Below are positions 1-17,549 of a stretch of DNA of 64,000 nt, piece by piece; the stretch's first letter is position 1; each line of letters starts with the position of its first letter. Location: the NCBI RefSeq assembly GCF_009914755.1, contig NC_060929.1. The stretch is one strand, 5' to 3'. The notes under the pieces were generated by a model. It had not been told where the DNA came from, ran no database searches, and saw only the letters and a list, made by a program, of their open reading frames with translations. Both the position numbers and the translations under genes were made by a program. Source of the DNA: the human T2T-CHM13v2.0 reference genome, Homo sapiens.

Positions 1-2568
1 ACATCTAAGAAGCTCAATGAACTTCAGGGCGGATAAATTGAAAGGGATCGACACCAAGACAAATTGTGATTAAATTGTTAAAAGACAAAAACAGAGAATT
101 TTGACAACAGCAAGAGAGAAATGACTGGTCATGTATAAGGAATCTTCATTAAGATTAACAGTAGGCTTATCATCAGAAACCATGGAGCTCAGAAAGCAGT
201 GGAATGACGTAAGTGCTGCGAATAAAAGCCAAAAAAGAATCCTGAATCTGGCAAAAGTATCCTTAAAAAATGAAGGAGAAATAAATATGTTCCTAGAACA
301 ACAAAACGGAAGGAGTTCATAACTACAAGGAATACTAAAGGAAGTCCTTCAGCCTGAAAAGAGGCTAGGAGAGAGTAGCTCAAAGCCATATGAAGAACTA
401 AAGAATATCAGTAAAGGTAACTACATAGGTGAAATTAAAAGTAAGTAGTTTTCTATTTTTGGATTTGTAACTCCTCTTTTTTAAGGAAAAAGGATTTAAA
501 AAATAAATGCATAAAAGAATAATTATAAATCTATGTTAATGAGCACATAATATGTAAAGATGTAATTTTAGACAGTGCTACCCTAATAGTTGGAGAATTC
601 AACACCTTGCATTCCATAAAGGCCCAGATAGAAGATCAACAAAAAAGTTGAAGACTTGAACAACACATAAACCAACTAGATCTAACAGACATTTATAGGA
701 CATCACTCCCTCCCAAGAACAGCAAAGTGTATGATATGGTTTGGCTGTGTGTCCCCACCCATACCTCATCTTGAATTGTACTTCTTATAGTTCCCACATG
801 TTTTGGGAGGGACCTGGTGGGAGATAACTGAATCATGGGGGCAGTTTTCCCCATACTGTTCTTGTGGTAGTAAGTCTCATGAGATCTGATGGTTTTATAA
901 GGGGTTTCTGCTTTCGCTTCTCTCTCGTTATCTCTTTGCCTGCCACCATCCATGTGAGATGAGACTTGCTCCTCCTTGCCTTCTGCCATGATTATGAGGC
1001 CTCCCCAGCCATGTGGAACTGTAAGTCCAATTAAACCTCTTTCTTTTGTAAATTCCCCAGTCACAGATATGTCTTTATCAGCAGCGGGAAAATGGACTAA
1101 TACAGTAAATTGGCACCAGTACAGTGGGATGCTGCTGAAAAGATACCTGAAAATGTGGAAGTGACTTTGGAACTGGGTAACAGGCAGAGGTTGGAATAGT
1201 TTGGAGGGCTCAGAAGAAGACATGAAAATGTGGGAAAGTTTGGAACTTCCTAGAGACTTGTTGAATGGCTTTGACCAAACGCCTGATAGTGATGTGGACA
1301 TAAGGTCCAGGCTGAGGTGGTCTCAGATGGAGATGAGGAACTTGTTGGGAACTGGAGTAAAGGTGACTTTTGTTATGTTTTAACAAAGAGACTGGTGGCA
1401 TTTTGACCCTGCCCTAGAGATTTGTGGAACTTTGAACTTGAGAGAGATGATTTAGGGTATCTGGCAGGAGAAATTTCTAAGCAGCAAAGCATTCAAGAGG
1501 TGACTTGGGTGCTGTTAAAAGCATTCAGTTTTATAAGGGAAGCAGAGCATAAAAGTTTGGAAAATTTGTAGCCTGACAATGCAATGGAAAATAAAATCCC
1601 GTTTTCTGAGGAGAAATTCAAACCGGCTGCAGAAATTTGCATAAGTAACAAGGAGCAGAATGTTAATCCCCAAGACAATGGGGAAAATGTATCCAGGGCA
1701 TGTCAGAGGCCTTCATGGCAGCCCTTCCCATCACAGGCCCAAGGCCTTGGAGAAAATGGTTTTATGGGCTGGGCCCAGGGTCCCCGTGCTGTGTGCAGTA
1801 TAGGGACTTGGTGCCCTGCATCCCAGCCACTCCTTCCAGAGCCATGGCTAAAAGGGGTCAAGGTACAGCTCAGGCTGTGGCTTCAGAGGGTGGAAGCCCC
1901 AAGCCTTGGCAGCTTCCACATGGTATTGAGCCTGCGGGTACACAGATGTCAAGCATTGAGGTTTGGGAACCTCTGCCTAGATTTCAGAGGATGTATGGAA
2001 ACGCTTGGATGCCCAGGCAAAAGTTTTCTGCAGGGGTGGGGGTGCTCATGGAGAACCTCTGCCAAGGCAGTGTGGAAGGGAAATGTAGGGTGGGAGCCCC
2101 CACAGACACTCCCTACTGGGGCACTGCCTAGTGGAGCTGTGAGAAGAGAGCTACCGTCTTCCAGACCCCAGAATAGTAGATCCACTGACAGCTTGCACCA
2201 TGTGCCTGAAAAAGCCACAGACACTCAATGCCAGCCCATGAAAGCAGCCAGGAGGAAGGCTGTACCCTGAAAAGCCACAGGGGTGGAGCTGCCCAAGACT
2301 ATGGGAACCTACCTCTTGCATCAGCGTGACCTAGACGTGAGACATGGAGTCAAAGGAGATAATTTTGGACCTTTAAAATTTGACTTCCCCACTGGATTTT
2401 GGACTTGCATGGGGCCTGCAGCCCCTTAGTTTTGGCCAATTTCTTCCATTTGGAACGGCTGTATTTACCCAATGCTTGTACTCCCATTGTATGTAGGAAG
2501 TAACTAACTTGCTTTTGATTTTACAGGCTCATAGGTGGAAGGGACTTGCTTGTCGCAGATGAGACTTT

Positions 2569-2863
2569 TATTTTTTTTAAGACAGTGTCTCACTCTGTCA
2601 CCCAGGCTGGAGTGCAGTGGCATGATCTCAGCTCACTGCTGCAACCGCCACCTCCTGGTCTCAAGTGATTCTCCTGCCTCAGCTTCCTGAGTAGCTAGGA
2701 ATATAGGCACCCACCACCACACCTGGCTAATTTGTGTATTTTTAGTAGAGATGGGGTTTCACCATGTTGTTCAGGCTGGTCTTGAATTCCGGACCTCAGG
2801 TGATGCCCCCACCTTGGCCTTCCAAAGTTCTGGGATTACAGGTGTGAGCCACTGCACCCAGCC
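2569..2863 (-). mobile_element. AluS in THE1 internal region
   Basis: Alu consensus; TSD CAGATGAGACTTT. Confidence 0.9.
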
Positions 2864-3160
2864 TCAGATGAGACTTTGGACTATGGACTTTTGAGTTAAT
2901 GCTAAAGTGAGTTAAGACTTTGGGAGACTGTTGGGAAGGCATTACTGGTTTTGAAATATGAGGACATGAGATTTGGCAGGGGCCAGGGACATAATGATAT
3001 GGTTTGGCTATGTCCCTACCTAAATCTCATCTTGAGTTGTACTCCCATAATTCTCACACGTTGTGGGAGGGACGTGGTGTGAGATAATTGAATCATGGGG
3101 GTGGTCTTCCCCATACTGTTCTTGTGGCAGTGAGTAAGTCTCATGAGATCTGATGGTTTT

Positions 3161-3464
<304 letters not shown>

Positions 3465-3769
3465 CCAAGATCTGATGGTTTTATAAAGGGTTTCCACTTT
3501 TGCTTCTGTCTCATTCTTTCTTTGCCTGCCGCCATCCATGTAAGATGTGACTTGCTCCTCCTTGCCTTCTGCTGGGATTGTGAGGCCTCTGCAGCCATGT
3601 GGAACTGTAAGTCCAATTAGACCTCTTTCTTTTGTATATTGCCCAGTCATGGGTATATCTTTATCAGCAGCATGAAAAAGGACTAATACAGTGTATGTTT
3701 TTCTCAAGTGCATATGGAACATTTACCAGCATAGACTATACGTTAGGCTACAAAACAAGTCTCAATAAT

Positions 3770-4693
<924 letters not shown>

Positions 4694-6082
4694 GGAATAG
4701 AGAATAGAAAACAATAGAGAGAATCTACAAAACCAATAGTTGGTTCTTCCAAAAGATCAACAACATCAACAAACCTTTAGCTAGACTGGTAAGAAAAAAA
4801 GAAGAAAATTACTAAAAGAGAAGTGAAAGTGTGGTTATTACTACCAAACTTACAGAAATAAAAAGGATTATGAGAGAATACTATGAACAATTATATGTTA
4901 ACAAATTCAATGAGCTAGAAGAAATGGACAGATTCTTAGAAAATTGACTGGTATGTGATGAAAAAATGAGAGTTGATTGGGAAGAGTCCGGATAAACTAC
5001 CAAAAGCATGTAATTGAATCAAAAATAGATTGGCAAAGACTTACAGTGTCGGAAACAACTAGGATTGATCCAAATTCTTCTAAATTCTCTAATCTGGAAT
5101 CTACAGCTCTTGCACACTACAACCCTCAATTCTCATTCAATTGTTCTACAAAAATTTAAACCTCATACCAAATGTTTGAGTGGAGTTTTTTCTTGTAAGA
5201 GCTGCATAAGCTCCAAACACACGAACCTTCTCTTGTAACTAAATTCTTGACCTCTGCACAAAATACAATAAATGCCATCTGTGGCACTAAAGAGTAAGCA
5301 AAAGCAGGAGGGTAGATAACATTTGAAACAAGGGAACAGCACTAGGTGAGTTTCCCCTGTTTTTGCAGATTCCAGCATGCGAGTAGGCTCCAGTCTGCAT
5401 CATGAGAAGTGGCTGGAAATCTGGTAGATCACCGCTTTTCTAGTCTAAAAAACTAGAGGACAGAATTTGAGACGATCAGCTTCTGGAAAGTAAGGGGGAA
5501 TACCATAAGTAAAAAAGAGGGTAGAACCCCAAATTTTATGCATAAACTCTACCCAATCTTTCACTGACCACTAAATCATGCATGTAGAATAAATTCTAAG
5601 TAGTCCAGTTAAAAATTAAAGACCCAAACTGCTTTTTGAGTTGCCACCCATGAGACAGAGTTTGCAGTTTGAGTCCAAATAAGTGAAGTGACTCCTAAAA
5701 CAAAGAAAATCAATGTTTTTTTGAGGGAACATAAAATAATCCACAGTTTCTACAAAATACCATACTTAAAAAATGACATTAAAGGATCAGTCATATTCTA
5801 AGCTCTTAATAAAAGAGGAAATGCTGGGATTGTATTATGTTTTATTTTATGCATGGCTAGAGACAGTTGACTATATAGTACACATGCATCATATGCATCA
5901 TGTGGCAATTAATCATAATATTTAATATGAATATTAATTCATTTGAATCCTCTGCTTTCATTTTTCTGTGTCATTTTTAGTAGCAATAAAAATTTACTTG
6001 AAGATTTTTTTTAAATCATAATGTCTAGGATACAATACAAAGTGACTCAACGTATGAGAAAAAAACAGGAAAACACACCCCA

Positions 6083-6389
6083 TTTTCTTTTCTTTTTTTT
6101 TTTGTTTGAGACACATTTTCACTCTTTGTTGCCCAGGCTAGAGTGCAGTGGCGCCATCTCACTCACTGCAACCACCACCTCCCGCGTTCAAGCGATTCTG
6201 CTGTCTCAGCCTCCCGAGGAGCTGTGATTACAGTCGCCTGCCACCATGCCCAGCTAATTTTGTAGTTTTAGTACAGACGGGGTTTCACCATGTTGGCCAG
6301 GCTGGTCTCGAACTCCTGACCTTAGATGATCCACCCGCCTCCGCCTCCCGAAGTGCTGGGATTACAGGTGTAAGCCACCACGCCCAGCC
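6083..6389 (-). mobile_element. AluS
   Basis: Alu consensus; TSD AAACACACCCCATTTTC on both sides. Confidence 0.9.
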
Positions 6390-6809
6390 AAACACACCCC
6401 ATTTTCAAGAGGAAAGACAACTAACAGAGAGACCAGTTCTAAGATGCCCAGATGTTTGAATTAGTAGACAGAGATTTTAAAGTAGCTATTAAACTAAGTC
6501 AAGGATGTGAAGGGAAATAAGATCACAATGATGAAAAAGTAGGAAATATTAGCAGAGAACTAAAAACCAGACATATATAAAGATACAAAACATCCCTGAA
6601 AATTTTAATATCTGAAATTAAAAATTCACCTTTTTACTGCATAGGCTTAACAGCAGAATGGAAGTGCCAGAAAAGAGTCAGTAAACTTGCAGATAAATCA
6701 ACAGAAATTGTATAATCTGAACAACAGAGAAGTAAATGTTTGAAAAAAATAGCCTCAGGGACCCTTTTGATATGGGACAATATCAAAAGTTCTAACATAA
6801 ATGAAATTA

Positions 6810-7701
<892 letters not shown>

Positions 7702-9113
7702 CTACCTGTTTAATGGTACTTTTTGTCTAACTAAGCAGGCATAGAGTTTTTTTTTTACAATATTTGTTTATTTAGCAATATAGGTTGTAAAAATACAAAG
7801 GTATAAAATATAAGTTGTAAAAAACTTTATGCCTGCTTGTTAAGAGAAAAATTCATATTTAGTTAGCAATAAATATAAGTTATAAAAAACTCTGTGTGTT
7901 GTAAAAAACTCCGTGCCTGCTTAGTTGGACAAAACTCAGTCCCCAAGTCTGCCCCCCACCTCACCACACCAGTTTGAGTTGATTTAGACACCCTAATCTA
8001 CTAGAAGTGAATAGGAATGACATGGTCTCTTCCAAGAAGGAACTTATATTCAAGTCAAGGAGAAAAACAATAATAATAACAATTAAAAGTAAACATTTTA
8101 TTTAATAAACAGATGTTATGGTAAGTTCTGTTACATAAATAAACTGGGTGCCATTGTACAGTATAATGCTTTGAGGGTACTACTTTAAATCAAAAAGTCA
8201 GAAAAGGATACTGGAGTAGTTTAGATGAGAGATGATAACCACCAAACTACATTAGTGACAGTGGAGAACAGATAAATGAGCATTCAACGTATAAGATATT
8301 AGGATATTCAAGATATCCGAGGTAGAATTGACAGATTTTACTACCTGAATGTGGGGAGTGGTGGATATTGAGGAGTAAAGAATAGGATTCCCAGGTTTGG
8401 GAGTTGCACAAGTCTGTGAATGGTAGTGTCCTTCATTGAGATTGAGAATAAAGAGGGAAAACAGATTGGGAGGAGAGGTTGAGAGGATGAATTCAGCACT
8501 GGAAACGCTGAGTGAAGAGTAGCTGTAAAACATCTGACTGTAGGTATCTAGTGGGCTGCTGGGTGGCCAGATGTGGAACTCTACATTTGAGAGTTATCAA
8601 CATGCAAGGGGTCATTGTAGCTTTCTTTAGGGAACGGAGATAGCTACTCTTGTTTGCCCAGTAAAAATTTCCCTTTCTTCTGATAGTAGACCCTGCTCCC
8701 TTGGTCTTACCCAGGCCTCGTCATTCTACGTCATCCTCCCATATGGGGAACATGACTCAAAAGGCAAATCAGAGTCTTTCCCTAGAATTGGTGTCTAGAC
8801 AGGAAGAGAAAGAAACTCTCTTCCTGGAGTTGCTTATTTGTTCACCAGATGGCTAAACTAGATGAATTTGATTCTGGGGCTGACGGTAGTCATCATTTTC
8901 CCTGCAGCATAAAGAGAGCCTGTCTTTAGAACAAAGACATCTCTGCTTGATGCATGGAGTTAGAGTGCCTAGACTAGTGGCACTAAGTCTAGGACTGATG
9001 TCTGGGTTCCTACAACTCTGATCTTCATTCTGTATTCTTCTCAGATAAATCTCCTTCACTGTTTTGTTTGTTTGTTTTGTTTTGTTATTTTTAAAGTGAG
9101 TTGAATAAGGTTT

Positions 9114-10016
9114 GTTACTGTTTGGGAGAAACTCTCAATGCATGTTTTTCCTCTGCTCTCATACTACCATGACAATAGTCATCAACACAGAAAAAGTCTT
9201 CTGTGACCAAGCGTGTTTCTTGGGTTTCTCCCCACCACCAAGCAAGCAATGAATTTTGCAGCGGACACCAACTGGGAGTCCTCCAATCAATTCTGATACT
9301 GGAGATAGCAACAGATTCCACAGGTTGAGGACTCAGTGCCCAAGATTGCCGCCAACCTCACAACACCAGTTGCAAGTCCAGGCCTCTGGAACTTCTGGTG
9401 GACAAGCTTCAAGTTGGGGTTCCCATGACCCCCTCTCTGGGTTCAGTTAATTTGCTGGAGTGGCTCACAGAACTCAAAGAAACACTTAATTATATGTACT
9501 GTTTTGTCATGAAGGATATTACGAAGGATATGAATGAAGACATGTATAGGGCGAGGTATGGGGGAAGGGGCATGAAGCTTCATGCACCCCCTTGGGTGCA
9601 CCACCCTCCAGGAACCTCTACATGTGCAGGTATCCAGGAGCTCTCTGATCCCTGTCATTTTGGGTTTTTATGGAGGCTTCATTGCATAGGCATGATTGAC
9701 AACTGTGTAGAAATGTGATTGGACAAAAAAAATTTGATTTAAACCCGGCAAGGCTTGTCTTTTCAGATTTTTCTTAGCCTCTCTGTATTGTATTCCTTCC
9801 TCTAAGGTGTGGGGCAGGGTGCTTTCTGGAATAAGGGTGTGTTGACCCACAATCAGATTACAGTCTTGGCTTGGGCAGGTAAAAGGAGGACAGGAGAAAG
9901 AAGGAGAGAGAGTCTATTTCCTAAGGCCTTAAGTGCCCCAACATTGTAACAAGGACTATGGGAGATAGGGGTCAGGAACCATGGACAAAAAACCAGTATA
10001 TATCATAACATCATAG
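9114..10016. mobile_element. MER21-like LTR
   Basis: CAACACAGAA..CTTCTGTGACCAA, GCAGCGGACACCA, CACAGGTTGAGG.CTCAGT.CCCAAGA, TTTGCTGGAGTGGCTCACAGAACTCA: recalled MER21 motifs. Confidence 0.7.
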
Positions 10017-10950
<934 letters not shown>

Positions 10951-11524
10951 AGACTCATCTAAAAATTATAACCACAATATAATTATCATATCTAAAACAT
11001 TAATATTTACTTAGTATCATTTAGTATCATGAGTTTACAAATTCTTGAATTGTATTGTAATTTAATTCAGTTGGTTTGAGTCAGGATCCAAACAAGATCC
11101 ACACATTGCAATTAGTTATGTTTCTTACATCCCCTTTAGTCTCTAAGTTAACCACCTCTTTTTTCCTTTTTTAAAGAAACGGAAGTATTTTTTTCCAGTA
11201 AAATTTCTTGTAGTCTAGATTTTGCTGATTATATCCCTGCAATGTTATTTAACATTCTCTATTCCCTCTAATTGCTGTAGGCTGGTAGTTAAGTCTGGAG
11301 AGTTGAACAATTGATCATATTCACACTTGATTTTTTAAAATCAAGCCTTTATAGATAGTGTTTTGTACTTCTATTGTAACACTTTGGGAAGCACATGATT
11401 TCTGGAGGTCTTTCTTTTGTGAGATTAAGGCTGTTCAGTGGGCTCAAATATTGTCTACGACAAAGTTCCTCATCTGCTTTTCACCTAATCGTTTCAGCAG
11501 CCGTTGATGATCATCCACTTGATC

Positions 11525-12105
11525 AGAAGTTCATGACACCTTTAGTGTCTGAATAATTTTTTCTCAGTTCCCATAGGTCAATAGAAGTACCTAACATTTC
11601 TGTTTATTAAGTAGTTAGGGTCAAACAAATTAATATTAGCTTGGTGCAAAAGTAATTATGGTTTTTGCTACTACTTTTAACATATGTATTTATGTCCTAA
11701 TAACTTAGTAGCGACTTTAAAATATACACATAATTTGAAAGAGTAATACTTTAATTTCATTCTTAAATAACCACATTCGCTTACTAATGGGATGTCTATA
11801 CCTCTTGGGCACCTCATAATTTCTGAAACCTTGAAATCAGGTGGGACACCACTACCCTCATTTCCTGTTCTTAACTGGATTCTGCACAACACTTTCTTGA
11901 GACCATAGCAACCACTGAAAACCTGACTGCAAAGATAGGTTAGTCAAAAGAATGTAATTTGCTCTAACGTTGAAAGTTTGAATTACCTCAGGCTGGTAGT
12001 TCACATGGCTTCTGACAGATGTCATCGTTGTTTCCCCCAAAATTTAAAATACCTACTGTGATGTCCCTGTGAGTTTGTTATAGTGCCCTCACGGTTTGGG
12101 CACTG
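11525..12105 (-). mobile_element. MER119-like hAT-Charlie DNA transposon
   Basis: TTACTAATGGGATGT, ACCCTCATTTCCTGTTC, AAAATTTAAAATA..CCCTGTGAGTT match the recalled MER119 consensus. Confidence 0.65.
11636..11680 (+). mobile_element. MADE1 (Hsmar1-derived MITE) half element
   Basis: TA|TTAGCTTGGTGCAAAAGTAATTATGGTTTTTGCTACTACTTTTAA, one arm of the Hsmar1 TIR. Confidence 0.75.
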
Positions 12106-12135
12106 GAGGTCATTGGCCATTATTCTCCCAGACTA

Positions 12136-12746
12136 GAGCAAGGATTGGCAAACTTTTTCTGTAAACAGCCCAGTAGTAAATATTTAGGCCTAGTAGCCAC
12201 GCGGTCTCTGTCATAACTACTCAATTCTGCCTTTATGGTGTGAATGCAACCAGTATAGACAATATGTAAACAAATGGAGTGACTGTTGCCGTGCTTTGAA
12301 TGTGTGTTACCTCCAAAATTCATGGTGAAACTTAATCACCATCATTGCAATAAGTGGGGCCTTTTTAGGAAGTGATGCTTATGAGAGCCATGCCCTCGTG
12401 AATGTAGGGCGTTTATAAAAGGGCTTGAGAGAGTACGTTTGCTCTCTTTACTCTTCTGCCATGTGAGGACACAGTGTTCTTCCCCTCCAGAGAATGCAGC
12501 AACAAGGTGCCATCTTGGAACTGGAAACTGAGCCCTCACCAGACACTGATCCTGCTGGTGCCTTGATCTTGGACTCCAAGCCTCTAGAACTGTGAGAAAT
12601 AAGTTTATGTTCTTTATAAATTACCCAGTTGCAGGTATTTTTGTTATAACAAGCACAAACGGGCCAACACAACTGTATTCCAGTTTATTTACAGACACAG
12701 GTGTTGGGCTAGGTTTGTCCTGAGGACCTTGGTTTCCTGACCCCTG
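12136..12746 (+). mobile_element. MER58-like DNA transposon interrupted by a MaLR LTR (MST/MLT1A-like, ~12286-12670)
   Basis: GGCAAACTTTTTCTGTAAA..GTAAATATTTAGGC start and CTGACCCCTG end. The inner LTR has CCTCCAAAATTCATG, GCCATGTGAGGACACAG, GAACTGTGAGAAATAA. Confidence 0.7.
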
Positions 12747-12838
12747 GCCTACAAAATAGAGAGGAATTTTTCATTTATTAGCTGGAGTTCTTCTAAGGAG
12801 AAGAATTTTCCCTCAACAGTTTGGTTACCCCAAGATAA

Positions 12839-13175
<337 letters not shown>

Positions 13176-13475
13176 GCTTCTTTCTTTTTACTAGTTTTCA
13201 AAATTGGTTGATTCCCTAGCATCCAGCAAAGGGGGCCAATAAAGTTTTTGGGTTTTGACTTTTTTTGCATCGTTAATGATGAAGTCATAAAATTTAAAAA
13301 TATATTTGATATGTTTCAGTCATTTGAAGATATTTTCTTTAATTTGAAAAAACTTCAAACTTGTAAAATATTGCAAAGATAGCACAAAGAATTCCCATAT
13401 ACTTTTACCCAGAGTTACCAATTGTTAACATTTTGCCATATTTGTTTTTTTATTCTCTCCCTCCTTCCCCGCTCC

Positions 13476-13516
<41 letters not shown>

Positions 13517-14009
13517 GTTTTTCCTAAACCACTTGAGATTAAGTTGCAGACAATATGCCTCTGCCCTTAAATTCTTCAGTGTATATTTCCTAAAAACAAG
13601 GATGTTCACAGTACGGTTATTACAATTAGATCATTTTTTATTGACACAGTGCTCTTATTTAATCTATAAACCTTACTCAAATTTCACCAATTGTTCCAAT
13701 AGTGTCCTTTATAGCATTCTTTTTTTCTCATCCAGCATCCAACCTAGGATTAATCATGCATTTAGTCTTCATGTCTCTTTAGGTTCCTTTAATCTGAATT
13801 AATTCCTTAGCCTTTCTTTGTCTTTCATGACATTGACATTTTTGAAGAGTATAGGCTATTTAGTAGAATGTCCCTTAATTCGAATCTATCCCAAGTTTCC
13901 TCATGATGAGGTTCAAGTTAAACATTTCTGGCAGAAATAGCACATGAGTATTGTAGTGTCTTTCTTACTGCATTACATCTGGAGGCACATGATGCATATT
14001 GATCGTCAC

Positions 14010-14577
14010 TGATAGCTAGTCTCCAAGTTCTTCAGTGAACTATGTCCCCAGTTTTCATGGCCTTATGTTGTTCCCTCTCCTCGAATCTGGACTGGCCCAG
14101 TGACTTTCTTTTAACTAATAGAATGTGGCAGATGTGATTGTTTCTTCTTCTACTAGATCTGAAGAAGCCTTGCAGACAAGTGGCCTTGTCTCTTGGAATT
14201 TTGTCCTTGCAATGTTTGCTTGGTTGGAATGCTCACTCTGGGGGTAAGCAACCAACATAATAAGTCTGACTGAGACCACCAACTGTGAGGAAGCCCAAGC
14301 TAGCCACTTGGAGAGAGAGAGAGACACCTGGCCAGCACCCAGCTGTTCCAGGTATCCCAGTCACCAGATAGCTGAAGAAAGAAGCCATCTTGAATGTTAA
14401 ACAAATTGATATCAAACGTTAAGATGAATCAAGTCCCAGCCAACATCTGAAGGTAACTGCATGAGAGATCCCAACTGAGCCCCCTCAATCAACAGAACCA
14501 TGAAAGATAATAATAAATTGTTTTAAGCCACCAAGTTTTGGAGTAGTTTGTTATTCAGCAATAGATCACCAGAACAG
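14010..14577 (+). mobile_element. MLT1-type MaLR LTR
   Basis: TGTTTTAAGCCACCAAGTTTTGGAGTAGTTTGTTA..CAGCAATAGAT..CCAGAACA 3' end; ACTGCATGAGAGA. Confidence 0.65.
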
Positions 14578-17265
14578 TACTGTAAACTTTGGTCACTTGG
14601 TTAAGATAGTGTCTTCCAGGTTTCTCCATTGTACAGTTATTTTTTCCTTATAATTGATAACTAATTCATGGGGAGACACTATAAGACCTTATTAATGTCC
14701 TTTTTTCATCAGACTTTCAGCTGCTAGTTTTAGTAAGCCAGAGTCAAATATTAGTATGATAGTTGCAAAATGGTAACCAAAAAACTCCTCTATTAGTTCT
14801 TCTACGTTTGTTAGCTAGCATTCTGCTGTAAGAAAGAGATTTGCTGGCTGGGAAATCTCTTTGTGCCCGGCCTAGCACACGTTCTTATCCTTTGCTGGTT
14901 CCTTCTTTTCTTTCCATTTTATTAATTTTGGTTTATCCTTCCATTAAAAATGAGCAAATATGTCTTTTTAGATATAAACTAGCATACTGGACACACTACT
15001 CTGGCTTTTTTCCAATAATACATCCTGGCAATCACTCCATAGCAGTGTATAGAGATAATCCTCTTTTCTTTTAATGGCTGCAGAGTATTCCATTGGTAGA
15101 TGTTTTGGCCTGCTATTGAGCAAGTTTTCAGTTGTTTTCAGTCTTTAGCTTTTGGTTGTGCAGTGAATAACTTTGTGTAAAATCCTTTTGTATTTTTTGC
15201 CAGTGTATCTCTGAGATAACTTCCAGAAGGAAGGTTGCTGGATCAAAGGGTACATGCATGTGTAATTTTGCTAGATCTTGTCAAATTCCCTTCCCTCAGG
15301 GTTATGCCATGGTACATTCCCAAGAGCAATATATGAGTGCCTATTACTTTACAGCTTTCTAACAGAGTACATTATCAAACATTTGCCATTCTAATAGGTG
15401 AAAAATTGTTTCTCAGTGTAGTTTTCATTTGCATTGCTCTTAAAATGAAGTTGAGATTCTCTTCATTTATTTAAGGACTATTTGCTTTTCTTTTTCTGTG
15501 AAATTCTTTGTTTATATCTCTTACCCATTTTTCTTGAGATTTGTTAATCTTTTTCTTTTTTACTTTTAGAAGCTCTCTCCATATTACAGATCTTAATCTT
15601 TTTACTGGGTGTATGTTGAAAATATATTTCTCCAGCTTTTCATTTGTCTTTTGGCTTTCTTATAGTTATTTTTTGCTATGAAGTTTTATTTTTAACCTTT
15701 ACTTAGTCACATTACATAAAATTATTCCTTCGGGATTTTAAATCATAGGTAGAAAAGTTTTTGCAAGTACAGAAGAATTCATCAGTGTTTTCTTCTAGTT
15801 TTTGCATAGTATTATTGTTTCCATATTTGAACTTGTTATTCTGTATAATGTGAGAAACAGGTCAGATTTTGTCTTTTTCCATATGGCTATCTAGTTACAT
15901 ATAGAGTATTTTCATAAAGAAGTGGTCAACAGTGTCACTGACTGCTAAGAGGTCCCCTAGGTTAAGAACTGAAAACTGCCAATAGGGTTAGTAACAAGGA
16001 GGTCAATGTGACCTTGCCAGTAGCAATTTCAATAAAGCAATGAGGCAGAAGTCAGATTGCAGTGGATTGAGGATTGAAAGGTGAGGAAGTAGAAGGAACA
16101 AGTGTAGATAACTCTTTGTGAGGTCCTAAATTGATAGTCTTTTTATTAGGCACTACATATAAGTTTCAGAATTCCAAAAGACAGATTTCAGGCAAAGAAG
16201 TTTTCCAATAAAACCCCTGTATCAGTCAGGGACCAATCAGGCAAATAGAAACCATTCTAAGTATTTAAAATAGAGGGAATTTAACCTTTGTGAGAATTGG
16301 AATGGTGCCTCATATGAGTCGATGCAGCTGTGCAGGTGCCTGGCTTGTTCGTTAGAGAGCAGGCAGAGAGGGTTCAGCTATTTCTTGCCTTTTGGTTTGG
16401 TGCCTTTGTGCAGGATACAACCTCCATATCTGTATCTGATGGCCCTGGTTATCCCCGTTTTACAGAGAAAGATTAAATAACTTGCCCAAGGTCATATGGC
16501 TAATAAATGAATAATCAGAGATTACCAATGTTGAATTCACAGCCAATTCCTGGTGACTTTCCTCCTATTTGAAAGCTATAATCCTTCAGTCTTGGGAGAG
16601 GTAGACAAAAAGAGATTCATTCCCGGCCAAGGTTCATGGACAGGGTCTGGTCACTGCTTCTCCTCCTAGGGTACTATGCTTTCCTAGTGACTCTTCACTA
16701 AATTCCATAGTTCACTGGTCAAACACTGTTCTGTGACAAAGGGCCAATAAGACCCCTTGGTCTAAGGAAGTATTGTCCAAGGTAACCTGACACAGTGTTT
16801 GACTTTTATCCTTCACTTACTTTAAGCTCTCATTAAACACACTTATAACAGAGTTTAGGTGCCACTGAATGTGTTAATGTCATCTAGGAAGGCTGGTTGA
16901 TTGCAAACAGGACCTCTCAGGAACACTAGTTAAGCTCAAACAAGACTGATTTGTAAACCAGAATTTCAATGTATGAATTCATAATAAGGAGCAAGTAAGG
17001 CTTGTATGTCTTATTTATGCCACCTCCTTTCCCAGTATCCAATCACTTGGGAAATTGAGTGATTAGTCAAGAAGTTGCTAAGTAAGCATGGAATCAGAAC
17101 AGGTGCTGATGAAATATCTTTACTCATAATAGAGAACACTTCTCTAGTGGCCAGCCCCCAGATTTAGAGTCTTTTAAATTTTCACCAGTGTTTCCCAAGC
17201 TTCAGTCATTTGAATACCACCTTTATGATTTTACCATTCCTGCATTTCAATACACACATACTTAG

Positions 17266-17549
17266 TTTTCTTCCTTTCCTTCCTTTCCTTCCCCTCCTTC
17301 TCTTCCCTCCCTTCCCTCCCTTTCTTCCTCCTTTCTTTCCTTTTCCTTCCTCCTTTCTTTCCTTTTCCTTCCTTCTTTTCTTTTCTTTCTTTCCTTCCTT
17401 CCTTCTCTTTCCTCCTTCCTTCCTTCCTTCCTTCCTTCCTTCCTTCCTTCCTTCCTTCCTTCCATCCTTCCTTCTCTCTCTCTCTCTCCCTTTCCCTCTT
17501 TCCTTCTCTTCTCTTCTTTTCTCTTCTCTTTTCTCTTCTCTTCTTTCCT
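17266..17549. repeat. ~280-bp polypyrimidine tract with (TTCC)n core, derived from an AluY tail
   Basis: Almost pure C/T; ~12 consecutive TTCC units at ~17416-17463. Lies inside TSD TTAGTTTTCTT (17262-17272 / 17821-17831). Confidence 0.9.

Noticed and set aside
693-2270. ORFs of 143-228 aa
   Set aside because: They lie wholly in THE1 LTR and internal sequence; typical spurious MaLR frames.
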